DNA of 64,000 nucleotides from an uncultured virus (IMG/VR IMGVR_UViG_3300028833_000012) (IMGVR_UViG_3300028833_000012); one strand, 5' to 3'. Shown: positions 29,817-38,348, numbered from the stretch's first letter. A program made the numbers and translations. Notes: a model not told the origin generated them from the letters alone.

Positions 29817-30170
29817 ATGGCTGAACACTACAAGAACCTGGAAAAGGCGATGTGCAAAGAACTTGAAAAACTTGACAAGAAGTACACCGCCGATGTCGAG
29901 ATGACTCCCACCGACGCTGAACGCGCCGACATGCTGTACCACGCCCTCAAGTCCGCCGCGACCTATCACGCGATGAAGGACGCCGAGGATGAGGACTGGG
30001 ACGAAGGTGATGAGGAGAGCGGACGGCCTTATCGGATGAACCGTGGCCGCTCCTACGCCAGAGCGCGGGATTCCCGCACTGGCCGGTACATGAGCCGTGA
30101 CGGCGGAATGGACTACTCTGGGAGATACCCGATGGAGTACATTGAACCGTATTGGGATCGGAGAATGTAA
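29817..30170 (+). CDS. hypothetical protein with Arg-rich C-terminus
   Basis: RARDSRTGRYMSRD. Confidence 0.6.
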   Translation: MAEHYKNLEKAMCKELEKLDKKYTADVEMTPTDAERADMLYHALKSAATYHAMKDAEDEDWDEGDEESGRPYRMNRGRSYARARDSRTGRYMSRDGGMDYSGRYPMEYIEPYWDRRM

Positions 30171-30174
30171 GCAC

Positions 30175-30208
30175 AAAAGAGCCCGCCATGTAAAGTGGCG
30201 GGTTTTAT
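30175..30208. terminator. bidirectional intrinsic terminator
   Basis: AAAAGAGCCCGCCA-loop-TGGCGGGTTTTA between convergent genes. Confidence 0.75.
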
Positions 30209-30232
30209 GTTGCCGGAAGTTCCGTGCCTTGA

Positions 30233-31672
30233 TTACCATTCATATCCGGCGATAGCCGTTTCCAGCTCGCCCTCGCCCTGTTCGGCAAGGCGGATGAAGT
30301 CAAACACCTTTTCGGACCATCCGGCGATGATGTTGGTCCGCTGGCCGTGGAACTGCTGGGTGCCGTATCCCATCAGGTCAATAGCGTGCACCCAGATGTT
30401 TCTGCCGGATTGCTTGCGGTATGCGTCGGCAAAGCCCTGCACCGTCCCGTTTGTGTACCAGCCGAGATCGCAATTGCACTCGTTGTCGGAGATCACAATG
30501 AGCCGGTCTGCTTTCACGCCAGCCTCGATCATCTTCTTAAAAGGCAGATACATGTTCGTGCCGCCACTGGCCCTTGCTCGGTGAGTCGCCGTTTCGAGGA
30601 TTGCCGTGTAATGGGACAGGCTGGCGCTGCGGATGTCCGTGTCGAACTCATAGAAGATGCTGTTTTCGCAAATCTTGTTTGCCAGCAGGCCGAGCATCAT
30701 GCCGATCTCACAGCAGCGAATCTCGGATTTTTCGCTGACGCGGGAACCCATAGAACCGGACGTGTCCACCGCAATAACGGTCGTGCCAGGAAGCCTGGGC
30801 ATGTTCTCAACGGAGGCCCGCGCAGCGTTTTCCAGCGCGTCATAGGCGCGGCTGCCGGCATTGTCGGGCAGGTTCTTGTAGGCGGAGAGGAAGCGGAAGG
30901 GAAGCTGCCGAGACCGGCGCACGGCCTCCGGGTCTTCGATCTTTGCCCAGACCTTTTCAATGTTTCGCGGCTGAGCGTTGATGATGTTGCGCAGGTTGCG
31001 CAGCAGCGCCATGTATCCCACCTTTCCGCTGTCGATCAGGTTCTCCCAGGTCTCTCGGTTATTGCCGTGAGCGGAAAGCTGTGTCTCCCAGGTGATGGGC
31101 GTTTCAAGCGTGCCTTCCAGCAGCCGCTTCCACATGGCGGACTGTTCTGCGTCCTTCGGCTTCGGGCGCGTCAGGCACAGCACGTCCCGCATTTTGACGG
31201 TCTTCCCTTCGCCCTTGTACTTCGCCAGGGTGTACTCGTCGAAGGCGGCGAAGGCGTCCTCCAGGCCCCTGCGGAGGGCGTTCGGGATCGGCTTGCCAAA
31301 GGTAGAGAGGTAGAAGGCCAGGATCTCGGTCACATCGTCACCGCGAAGCACTACGCCCCGAATCGTCTTCTTCACATAGGGCTTGCCATCAACCTCGTGC
31401 GCAAGGAATCCAACCAGCACATGGCTGACCGTGCGCATGTTGAAAACGCGGCGGGCGAACACGGCCAGCTTGGAAACAAATTCCGGGTCGGCCTTGATGA
31501 CGCGCTTGATGGTCTCGGTCATGTCCGCCGTGTTGTCGCCGTAAAACTTCTGCTCGTTGAAAAAGCTGGTCAACACCTGCGTCACGAGCTTCTGCCGGTC
31601 CGGCATGGCGTAGGCCGCGTGACCGCTGAGATTCGTGGTCTTGATGGTTTGCGTCTGGTTGAACTTTGCCAT
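30233..31672 (-). CDS. rsr: Ro60/Rsr TROVE-domain RNA-binding protein with vWA domain
   Basis: EQKFYGD, FDEYTLAKY, TWETQLS, GYMALLRNLRN, SRQLPFRF, vWA MIDAS VDTSGSM, GGTN, VISDNE; AAGGAGG RBS. Confidence 0.93.
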   Translation of the reverse strand: MAKFNQTQTIKTTNLSGHAAYAMPDRQKLVTQVLTSFFNEQKFYGDNTADMTETIKRVIKADPEFVSKLAVFARRVFNMRTVSHVLVGFLAHEVDGKPYVKKTIRGVVLRGDDVTEILAFYLSTFGKPIPNALRRGLEDAFAAFDEYTLAKYKGEGKTVKMRDVLCLTRPKPKDAEQSAMWKRLLEGTLETPITWETQLSAHGNNRETWENLIDSGKVGYMALLRNLRNIINAQPRNIEKVWAKIEDPEAVRRSRQLPFRFLSAYKNLPDNAGSRAYDALENAARASVENMPRLPGTTVIAVDTSGSMGSRVSEKSEIRCCEIGMMLGLLANKICENSIFYEFDTDIRSASLSHYTAILETATHRARASGGTNMYLPFKKMIEAGVKADRLIVISDNECNCDLGWYTNGTVQGFADAYRKQSGRNIWVHAIDLMGYGTQQFHGQRTNIIAGWSEKVFDFIRLAEQGEGELETAIAGYEW

Positions 31673-31700
31673 TGTGATACCTCCTTGTCTTTGAAATCGA

Positions 31701-31786
31701 AAAGGCAAACGCGACGAAGGGCACAGACGGTTAATTGTCCGATTTACAGTCGAAGGAACCGTCTGCTGCAGTACGCGCTTGCCTTT
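31701..31786 (-). ncRNA. short Y-RNA-like RNA topped by a tRNA-Tyr-like anticodon stem-loop
   Basis: Terminal stem AAAGGCAAGCGCG/CGCGUUUGCCUUU, same bulged element as neighbours (UACUGCA), stem GCAGACGGUU/AACCGUCUGU, apical UUCGA-CUGUAAA-UCGGA; G-U pairs fix the minus strand. Confidence 0.72.
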
Positions 31787-31793
31787 GGAGAGA

Positions 31794-31933
31794 GGAGCGA
31801 TGAAAGGCGGAGAGAGTAACGTTAGTGCTCTATCCGCTGAGCTACCCGCCTCCCATACGGGCGGAGGGGTTGGACTCGAACCAACGACCTCTCGATTACA
31901 AAGTCGAAGTAACTCTCTCCTACAATGCGCTCC
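31794..31933 (-). ncRNA. yrlA: YrlA-like Y RNA (permuted tRNA mimic)
   Basis: Long terminal stem, then T arm GUUGG-UUCGAGU-CCAAC, closed acceptor hairpin, D arm UAGCUCAGCGGAUAGAGC. Confidence 0.85.
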
Positions 31934-31941
31934 ATGGTGTC

Positions 31942-32071
31942 GTGCGGATGAAATCGGAACGGTACAAACGGCGCGCTACCATTACGCCATCCCCCGACGG
32001 TCGGGGGAGATGGAATCGAACCACCACTACCGGCTCCAAAAGCGAAGTATCCGTTTCCTGCAATACCGCAC
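31942..32071 (-). ncRNA. yrlA: YrlA-like Y RNA (permuted tRNA mimic)
   Basis: GUGCGG/CCGCAC terminal stem, T arm GGUGG-UUCGAUU-CCAUC, acceptor hairpin UCCCCCGA/UCGGGGGA, D arm UGGCGUAAUGGUAGCGC. Confidence 0.85.
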
Positions 32072-32075
32072 AGCG

Positions 32076-32148
32076 CTGTCCCAGGTGGAATCGAACCACC
32101 AACCATCCGCTTAACGGGCGGGCGCTCTACCGATTGAGCTATAGGACA
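32076..32148 (-). tRNA. tRNA-Asn(GTT), atypical C33, no encoded CCA
   Basis: Cloverleaf TGTCCTA-TA-GCTC..GAGC-G-CCCGC-CCGTTAA-GCGGA-TGGTT-GGTGG-TTCGATT-CCACC-TGGGACA-G. Confidence 0.85.
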
Positions 32149-32152
32149 TTGG

Positions 32153-32284
32153 CAAGCGGACAAAGGCGGCGACAGTGTTTTTTGCTGCTCTACCGATTGA
32201 GCTAACCGGCGCATTCGCCCCGGTATTGGAGTCGAACCAATGACACACATCTTGCGAAGTAACTGCCGCCTGCAGTACCGCTCG
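32153..32284 (-). ncRNA. yrlA: YrlA-like Y RNA (permuted tRNA mimic)
   Basis: GAGCGG/CCGCUU terminal stem, T arm AUUGG-UUCGACU-CCAAU, acceptor hairpin ACCGG/CCGGU, D arm UAGCUCAAUCGGUAGAGC. Confidence 0.85.
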
Positions 32285-32302
32285 TGTCTTTTAGACGATT
32301 TC

Positions 32303-32331
32303 AATTTAGCACAAGGTCACAGTATTGTCAA
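32303..32331 (-). promoter_or_regulatory. near-consensus sigmaA promoter for the Y RNA-tRNA-rsr operon
   Basis: Minus strand TTGACA-17 bp-TAAATT with extended TGn. Confidence 0.8.
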
Positions 32332-32342
32332 GTGGCAATCTT

Positions 32343-32655
32343 GTTATAAACCGCGTTATAAACCCAGCGATATTCAGTGGTATTTGGCGGTATTTTTATG
32401 TTTTCTAAGGGTAAAGGAAAACCCCTGTAAACGCAGTGTTTACAAGGGTTTGTGCGGAGAAGCCGGGATTTGAACCCGGGCTCGGTGTAACCCGACTACT
32501 CCCTTAGCAGGGGTCGGCAATGCCTTATTTTATGCGGGTTTACGAGGCTTTGCTATAAACTTGTTATCAACGAGCCTTTCGGAATTTCAATTTTTTTGTG
32601 TTATAAACCGTGTTATAAGCGGATGTTATAAACAAGGCACAAATTGTTATAAACG
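32343..32655. repeat. GTTATAAAC-like repeats flanking attP core (putative integrase arm sites)
   Basis: About 8 exact or near copies near 32343, 32355, 32552, 32563, 32600, 32612, 32625, 32647. Confidence 0.65.
32455..32513 (-). mobile_element. attP core: 3' half of tRNA-Ser(GCT)
   Basis: CCC-CTGCTAA-GGGAG anticodon arm remnant, long variable arm, T arm CCGGG-TTCAAAT-CCCGG, acceptor 3' strand; no 5' half; next to integrase stop. Confidence 0.85.
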
Positions 32656-32658
32656 GTG

Positions 32659-33789
32659 CTACTCTGTCGGTTTTTTCATGGTGTCCACAGCTGCGAAAAC
32701 ATCATCTGCGTCCGGGTGGGCATAGCGGTCGAGCATCCTGGAAGTTGACCAGCGCATTGCGCGTTGGACGGTCTGCGGGGCAATGCCTTCCGTGATGGCA
32801 AGAGCGGTGGCTGTGGTGTGTCGGCAGCAGTACGGTTCAAGACGGCGGCACCCGGCTTTCTGGAGCGCGGCGTAGTACTGCTCATACCACAGCTTTTCGG
32901 AACGGGTGAAGACATAGCCGTCCGGGCGGGCGTTCCTGATAAGGTCTTCCACAACCGGCACGATGTCCACCGGAAGGAAGACGGGGGAGGCCTTGCGCAC
33001 ATTGGTCTTCATGCCGATACCAAGGATCTTGCGATTTTCTATGTCGATGTGCTCGACCTTCAGCGCCTGCATTTCACCCGGCATCATGCCGGTGTAGATC
33101 ATCAGGAGCGGGATGGCAGCGTCAGTGTCACCGTTCTCGTAGAGTTTCCAGAGCGCCTTCTGCTCCTTGTCTGTGAAGACTTCGCGCACCTTCTCTTCCA
33201 GCTTTGGCAGGACGATGAAGGACGGTATGTCCTTGGACGCCCAGCCGTCAGCGCCGACCAGCTTGAACAGATGCGACAGGACCACCTTGCAGTCGCGGGC
33301 GGTGTAATAGCTCGTGCTGGTTTTCTCAACAGCATCGCGCAGAAGCGTGACGCTGACCTTGTTAACCGGGATGTGGCCGATGAGCGGTTCCATCTTCTTC
33401 CATGCGCCGCGATATGCGACCTGCTTGCTGACGGACAGTTTCGGCAGTTCGTTCTTTTCAAAGGTTTTCCAGTAGGATGCCACGTCCGGAGCCTTCCTGT
33501 CGGCATTTGGCGTACCGGAGATCAGGGTTGGCAGATAGTTGATGGCGTCTCGTTTGCTCTTGAATCCGCCTTTTGTTTTCCAAACCGGCTGTAAGCCCGA
33601 CTTGTTCTTGTCGGTCTTCTTGTAGTGATCCACCACGCGGGCGGTCCAGGTGGAACCGCGCTGGTAGACGGAACCTGTGCCGTTTGGCCGCTTCGACCGC
33701 TTGCGCTTTGTGGCGGTCAGTTTCTTTCCGCAGTAGCAGCACAGGGCGGCATCGTCGGGGATGTCTCTGGCGCATTTGGGGCAGAGCAT
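32659..33789 (-). CDS. int: tyrosine integrase with N-terminal zinc ribbon
   Basis: CPKC..CCYCG, RPNGTGSVY arm-binding segment, YTGMMPGE, YCCRHT, RW...DRYAH; variant catalytic boxes. Confidence 0.9.
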   Translation of the reverse strand: MLCPKCARDIPDDAALCCYCGKKLTATKRKRSKRPNGTGSVYQRGSTWTARVVDHYKKTDKNKSGLQPVWKTKGGFKSKRDAINYLPTLISGTPNADRKAPDVASYWKTFEKNELPKLSVSKQVAYRGAWKKMEPLIGHIPVNKVSVTLLRDAVEKTSTSYYTARDCKVVLSHLFKLVGADGWASKDIPSFIVLPKLEEKVREVFTDKEQKALWKLYENGDTDAAIPLLMIYTGMMPGEMQALKVEHIDIENRKILGIGMKTNVRKASPVFLPVDIVPVVEDLIRNARPDGYVFTRSEKLWYEQYYAALQKAGCRRLEPYCCRHTTATALAITEGIAPQTVQRAMRWSTSRMLDRYAHPDADDVFAAVDTMKKPTE

Positions 33790-33790
33790 T

Positions 33791-34441
33791 TTATATCACC
33801 TTGCTTATAAAGAATGTCGCAAGTCCAATGATGCGGATGTTCTCGCAAGGGTCGATACCAATTGTCTTTGGCGGATACTTGCTGTTCTCCGCTATAAGTG
33901 TGACTGTGCCGTCATTGTTGTGATACACGCGCTTCAATGTGGCCTCGTCGTCGATCAGCACGGCGGCGATTTGCCCGTCCGTCACATCGTCCTGTTGGCG
34001 GATGCAGACAAGATCACCATCAAGGATACGCGCACCGATCATGGAGTCACCTTTGCATTCAAGAGCAAAGTCAGCGTTAATGTTTGCTGGTATAGAGGCG
34101 TAATCTTCAACATTCTCTTCCGCGAGTATCGGTTCACCACACGCAATTTCACCTATGACAGGTATTGTTTGCATGGCTGGCATCTTGAAAACATTAGTCA
34201 AAGCCGAGCCGGATTCGTTCACGGGCTCTGGCGACTTGTCATTTGACCATCCGATAAGATACTTGACATTTGTCCGTAGGGCATTTGCGATAGGCGCAAG
34301 TTTATTGGCATCAAGTTTTTCGATAGACCCGTTTTCCCATCTGAATATGGTGGCCCTGGAAACGCCAACCATTTCGCCCAATTCATCTGCACTTATCCCA
34401 AGTTCTTTTCTTCTCTCCCGAACTCTCTGAGCGATTGTCAT
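33791..34441 (-). CDS. LexA/CI-like repressor (XRE HTH plus S24 peptidase)
   Basis: N-terminal HTH, IACG cleavage site, KGDSM serine, ATLKRV lysine. Confidence 0.92.
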   Translation of the reverse strand: MTIAQRVRERRKELGISADELGEMVGVSRATIFRWENGSIEKLDANKLAPIANALRTNVKYLIGWSNDKSPEPVNESGSALTNVFKMPAMQTIPVIGEIACGEPILAEENVEDYASIPANINADFALECKGDSMIGARILDGDLVCIRQQDDVTDGQIAAVLIDDEATLKRVYHNNDGTVTLIAENSKYPPKTIGIDPCENIRIIGLATFFISKVI

Positions 34442-34467
34442 GCGTATTTATCCTCCTTTACGATTTT

Positions 34468-34557
34468 ATTCTATCACAACAGTGTCAAAACTGCAACAAC
34501 AAAATTGTCAAAAATGCAACTTTGGGTATTGACAAGTGAAACGATGCGTGTTATATT
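34468..34557. promoter_or_regulatory. divergent CI/Cro promoter-operator region
   Basis: Plus strand TTGACA(34529)-17-TATATT; minus strand TTGCAG-17-TAGAAT; repeated TGTCAAAA/TGCAAC motifs. Confidence 0.7.
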
Positions 34558-34605
34558 TGCGTTGCAGTCGCAAAACTGAGACTTCAACGGAGAGGAGGGA
34601 ATGAA

Positions 34606-34824
34606 TTGTTCAGACTCAACCAGTCGAAGCTCGACGGCAAAATCGTTGAAAAAGGGATGACAAAAGAGGGCCTCGCACGGGAGATCGGCGTAGACAGAAG
34701 CACGTTTTTCCGCAGGCTCAGAAGCAATACGCTTCGCCTGAAGGACATTCACGCTATTTGCGAGGCTTTGAGTCTTACAAATGAAGAGGCCATCGAAATT
34801 TTTTTGGCCAAGCAGTCGCAATAA
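34606..34824 (+). CDS. Cro-like HTH repressor
   Basis: KGMTKEGLAREIGVDRSTFFR...EIFLA; divergent from CI. Confidence 0.85.
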   Translation: MFRLNQSKLDGKIVEKGMTKEGLAREIGVDRSTFFRRLRSNTLRLKDIHAICEALSLTNEEAIEIFLAKQSQ

Positions 34825-34876
34825 TGCGAATGTTTTAGACGTGAGAAGTGATGCCGACTCAACTGAGAGGTGAAGT

Positions 34877-35119
34877 GTGATGAGCAAGAAAGGCTTCGAC
34901 AGAGAAGTGATGGACGCAGCCGACAAAGTGACCGGCGAGGATCTTGATTGGAACCTCAAATACCATCTGCTTTGGCTGTTCAGGGAAACCCGAAAGATGG
35001 AAAACGCCGAAAAGCCCGACATCGAGCAAATTCGGCGAAACCTGGAAACCATGAGTCATGTGCGTTGCGTTGTGGACGACCGATCAGAACGGGCGGCGGA
35101 CAACCTCGGCATGGACTGA
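34877..35119 (+). CDS. hypothetical protein
   Basis: GAGGTG RBS, early operon. Confidence 0.5.
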   Translation: MMSKKGFDREVMDAADKVTGEDLDWNLKYHLLWLFRETRKMENAEKPDIEQIRRNLETMSHVRCVVDDRSERAADNLGMD

Positions 35120-35338
35120 CGATTGCGGCTTCTCGCTGAAAAGATCACTGAACTTCTTCTCGTTGGCGCGGAACAGTTCAGCCATATGTTCAGGGGAATC
35201 CGAATGTGTAGCCGCCCACACAAGGCAAGCTATCACTGGAAGGCTCTGGTCGTGCATGGTTTCACCTCCCTTCTGAAAAAGTGAAACCATCATACCACGG
35301 ACGAACGCGACAGGCAAGCATGATGACTCAAATGAGAG

Positions 35339-35647
35339 GTGACAGCAATGGCCAAGTCAAAGATACCGCGATTCACCCCGGCAGAAGCGATGGCGGCGAC
35401 GGGCCTGTCCAAGGGGCAGTTCAGCAACCGGGCGCTGAAGCTGGGCATTCAACGTGACGGACTGTACACGCTGGACGAGGTCTACCAGATCGTGACCTGC
35501 ATCCGGCGGTACAAGTCGATTCCAAGGCCGGAAGCTGTCAAGGCGCTCCGCAACGGCCTGACCAAGATGATGGAAGCGCACAACGACAACCTGACCATCA
35601 TCGTGTACGAAGACGGCAAGGCGCGGACCGTGAGTCTGGAGGGATGA
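35339..35647 (+). CDS. hypothetical HTH-like protein
   Basis: FTPAEAMAATGLSKGQF. Confidence 0.5.
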   Translation: MTAMAKSKIPRFTPAEAMAATGLSKGQFSNRALKLGIQRDGLYTLDEVYQIVTCIRRYKSIPRPEAVKALRNGLTKMMEAHNDNLTIIVYEDGKARTVSLEG

Positions 35648-35850
35648 GCATGACGGAGGACAGCATCGCCATGAAGTTGTTCAGCGCGACGGCTGACAAC
35701 CAGTGGCTGGCGAGAGAGCTGAAGGACTGCTGCAACGAACTATGCCTGCGGTGCGGGGATTACCGGAATGAGCATCTCGGCGCTTGCGACAGTTGCCGAT
35801 GGAAGGAAGTGCGGCATGGAAACATTGGACGAGGTCAGGCGAAGCAATAA
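35644..35850 (+). CDS. Cys-rich small protein
   Basis: CCNELCLRCG...CDSCRW. Confidence 0.5.
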   Translation: MSMTEDSIAMKLFSATADNQWLARELKDCCNELCLRCGDYRNEHLGACDSCRWKEVRHGNIGRGQAKQ

Positions 35851-36058
35851 GCCGTTCCTGATCCCGGATGACATCGCGCCGATCCTGGGCTGCCATCCAC
35901 AGGCCATCCGGGAAGAAGCGCGTGACAGGGGGCTTCCGTTTCCGTTCATCCTGATCGGGAACAGGACAAAGATCCCCCGGTTACCCTTCATCGAATTCAT
36001 GACGAAGTTACCGGCAAATACAGGAGGCGCGGAAGATGACCATCAGGAGAGCATATAA
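35816..36058 (+). CDS. excisionase-like HTH protein
   Basis: LIPDDIAPILGCHPQAIR...IGNRTKIPR. Confidence 0.65.
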   Translation: METLDEVRRSNKPFLIPDDIAPILGCHPQAIREEARDRGLPFPFILIGNRTKIPRLPFIEFMTKLPANTGGAEDDHQESI

Positions 36059-36528
36059 GCACGAGCGGCGCGAGAAGAGCGAGCGCGAGATCGAGTTTGC
36101 CTGTGAGTGCCTTGGCGGCGTACTCGGCGCGGTGGTGCTGACAATGCCGATCTGGATGATCCTGCTTGGCATCATCTGACGGTCCGGACGTGACGGCCAG
36201 ACCGACAGGGAAGGGAGGTGAACGGCATGATTACGGCGCGGGAAGAGCGGGACGAGCGGATGCGGCTGGTGGAGCACAGCTGTCAGCTTGCGGAACTGAT
36301 TCACATGATGACGGCGAACGCGATTGCGTCCAACGCCCCGGACGGATGGCTGCTGACGCTGGCATCCGAACTGTCCGAGAAGGTGCGCATGGAAGCGTGC
36401 GCTGTAAACGAAAGAGCCTGACCGGGGATGTTTGGGGAAACATCGGTCAGACCCAACGGCTACAGGCGAAAGTAGCTGAGACTATTGTATCAGATTCAGT
36501 TAAAAAGTCAATAAGAGAGGTGCTGGAA

Positions 36529-36858
36529 ATGTTGGACATCGAGAACGGCATGGTGGTCGGGGCAGACGCGGAGTGGGAACGGCTGAACGCGGACACGCCC
36601 TACGACAAGGCAGACATCCCGCAGATGGAAAGCTATCTCTGGGATGTTGAGGAAGTCGCTACCCTGGTGGAATGGGTGTGCGGGCTGGACGAGGATGCCG
36701 TCACGGAGGAGGACGCGGTCGCGATCTACGACCACCTGAACCGGGACGAGGTTGACCGAGAGTTGCGGCGCTGGTTTGAGACCGCCGACCGGGAAAAGTA
36801 CGACAAATGGTGGCACGAGCGGAACGACTGGATGTATGAGAAGGACGGTGACCGCTGA
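36529..36858 (+). CDS. hypothetical acidic protein
   Basis: GAGGTG RBS; coupled to next ORF. Confidence 0.55.
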   Translation: MLDIENGMVVGADAEWERLNADTPYDKADIPQMESYLWDVEEVATLVEWVCGLDEDAVTEEDAVAIYDHLNRDEVDRELRRWFETADREKYDKWWHERNDWMYEKDGDR

Positions 36859-37157
36859 TGGCAACCTTCCTGATTGCGAGAGACCTGCAATCCGGCAAGA
36901 GCGCACCGGTCCGGATGGACGGACGGACGTTCGTGATGTTCGGTGAGTACGTTCTACAGACCACACCGACCGGCGCGGAACGCATAGGCAAGGTCGTCAC
37001 CACAGAGTTCGACATCGCCGACAGCGACGTGGAGAGTTTCGCCGCCGCATGGGGCTTCTACCCGAAGAACATCGGCACGGCGAAGGCGATCCTGACCATG
37101 CGGGAGACGGTCCAACAGGACGCTGACATGGACATGACTCCGCCGGAACTGGAGTGA
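36858..37157 (+). CDS. hypothetical protein
   Basis: Translationally coupled ORF. Confidence 0.55.
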   Translation: MATFLIARDLQSGKSAPVRMDGRTFVMFGEYVLQTTPTGAERIGKVVTTEFDIADSDVESFAAAWGFYPKNIGTAKAILTMRETVQQDADMDMTPPELE

Positions 37158-37690
37158 TCGGCATGGCGGAACAGGAACAGTATGTCAAACCGCTCACCGG
37201 GAACGAGTACGCCGCGCTACAGACGCTCTTCGCCGTTGTGTCGGCGTGGCAGGAAGCCTGTGAGAACGGCGCACTGAAGCAGCGCATCCGGGAGTCCGGC
37301 GGCACCCTGTGGCGGGATGTCTGCCTGCTCCGGTCGCTCTCCGAAAAGACCATGCGGCAGATCCTCAAGAGCATTCCCGCGAAGAAACTGCAACACATCC
37401 AGGCGGAACTGAGCATGACGCACCTGTACATCAAGGTAGCGCCGCCCGGACTGCCCGGAATGCCGGACATGCAGGGCTACAGTTACACCCCGACCGCCGC
37501 GCTCAACACGATGCTACAGCACGTCTGCGAAACCGAGTGCGGCCTGTGCGACAAGACCGAAGCGGAGAGCCGGAAGTGCAAGTGGCGAAAGGCCATTGAA
37601 GAAGCGCTCCCGCATGAGGTCGGCAAGGACAAGGGCGGGAAGTGCAAATATTCGGATATTGTGCTTGGACTGGAAACAGTCGATGAATAA
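37154..37690 (+). CDS. hypothetical protein with C-terminal Cys cluster
   Basis: CETECGLC...C...CKY. Confidence 0.55.
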   Translation: MIGMAEQEQYVKPLTGNEYAALQTLFAVVSAWQEACENGALKQRIRESGGTLWRDVCLLRSLSEKTMRQILKSIPAKKLQHIQAELSMTHLYIKVAPPGLPGMPDMQGYSYTPTAALNTMLQHVCETECGLCDKTEAESRKCKWRKAIEEALPHEVGKDKGGKCKYSDIVLGLETVDE

Positions 37691-37745
37691 GGCTACACAT
37701 CCAAAGAATGAAGATGCAGATTGCATTTGATAAGGAGAGAAAACC

Positions 37746-38339
37746 ATGAAAGAAATGAAAGTGAAGATCACCCTGACCGAGGAAATGCTTGGGATGTCCC
37801 CTTCTGACAAGGATGTTTATTCAAACTTCATTGCCGGCAACGCACCCGACGCGCCCAGCATGGAGGAAGAGATTGCCGCCATCGGGACGGACGGCGTGGA
37901 GGAGAAAGGAACAACCGTGTTCCCGCGTGACACGAACGGCAACCCGATCATGTGGGACTATCAGATCCGTGGCTTCTTCAAGGATGCTTGCGGTATGCTC
38001 CGGAGGATCCCGAAGACGAAGTCCAGCGCCATGAAGGCGTACAAGAAGATCATCGACGGCCTGATCTTCGTGAAGGAAAGGATGATTCCGATCAACGTGA
38101 ACGGCGAGTGCGGAAACTGCCAGCGCCCGCTGCGGGCACAGACCGCACAGGGAGAACGTATTGCCCTGGCCGCAAGCGAGACCGTGCCGACCGGATCCAC
38201 CATCTGCTTCACTGTGCAGACCATGCTCGACGATGACATGGAGGCCGTGAAAGAGTGGCTGAATTACGGCACGTTCCGTGGCCTTGGCCAGTGGCGGAAC
38301 TCTGGCAAGGGCCGGTTCGCTTGGGAAGAAATCGGGTGA
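37746..38339 (+). CDS. stand-alone Cas7/RAMP-superfamily-like protein
   Basis: N-terminal strand VKITLTEEMLG, PIMWDYQIRGFFKDAC (cf. Csm3 PYIPGSSLKG), ETVPTGSTICFTV, C-terminal Gly-rich loop GLGQWRNSGKGRF; no other cas genes in window. Confidence 0.75.
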   Translation: MKEMKVKITLTEEMLGMSPSDKDVYSNFIAGNAPDAPSMEEEIAAIGTDGVEEKGTTVFPRDTNGNPIMWDYQIRGFFKDACGMLRRIPKTKSSAMKAYKKIIDGLIFVKERMIPINVNGECGNCQRPLRAQTAQGERIALAASETVPTGSTICFTVQTMLDDDMEAVKEWLNYGTFRGLGQWRNSGKGRFAWEEIG

Positions 38340-38348
38340 TGAAGCAGC

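Noticed and set aside
31794..32284. Calling Y1-Y3 ordinary or pseudo tRNAs
   Set aside because: The T arm precedes the D arm and the acceptor stem is closed by a loop, which is the YrlA topology
31779..32304. ORFs predicted across the Y RNA/tRNA cluster
   Set aside because: The region is fully explained by structured RNA genes; translations are unrecognisable
32455..32513. Functional tRNA-Ser gene
   Set aside because: The 5' acceptor strand and D arm are missing; consistent with an att core
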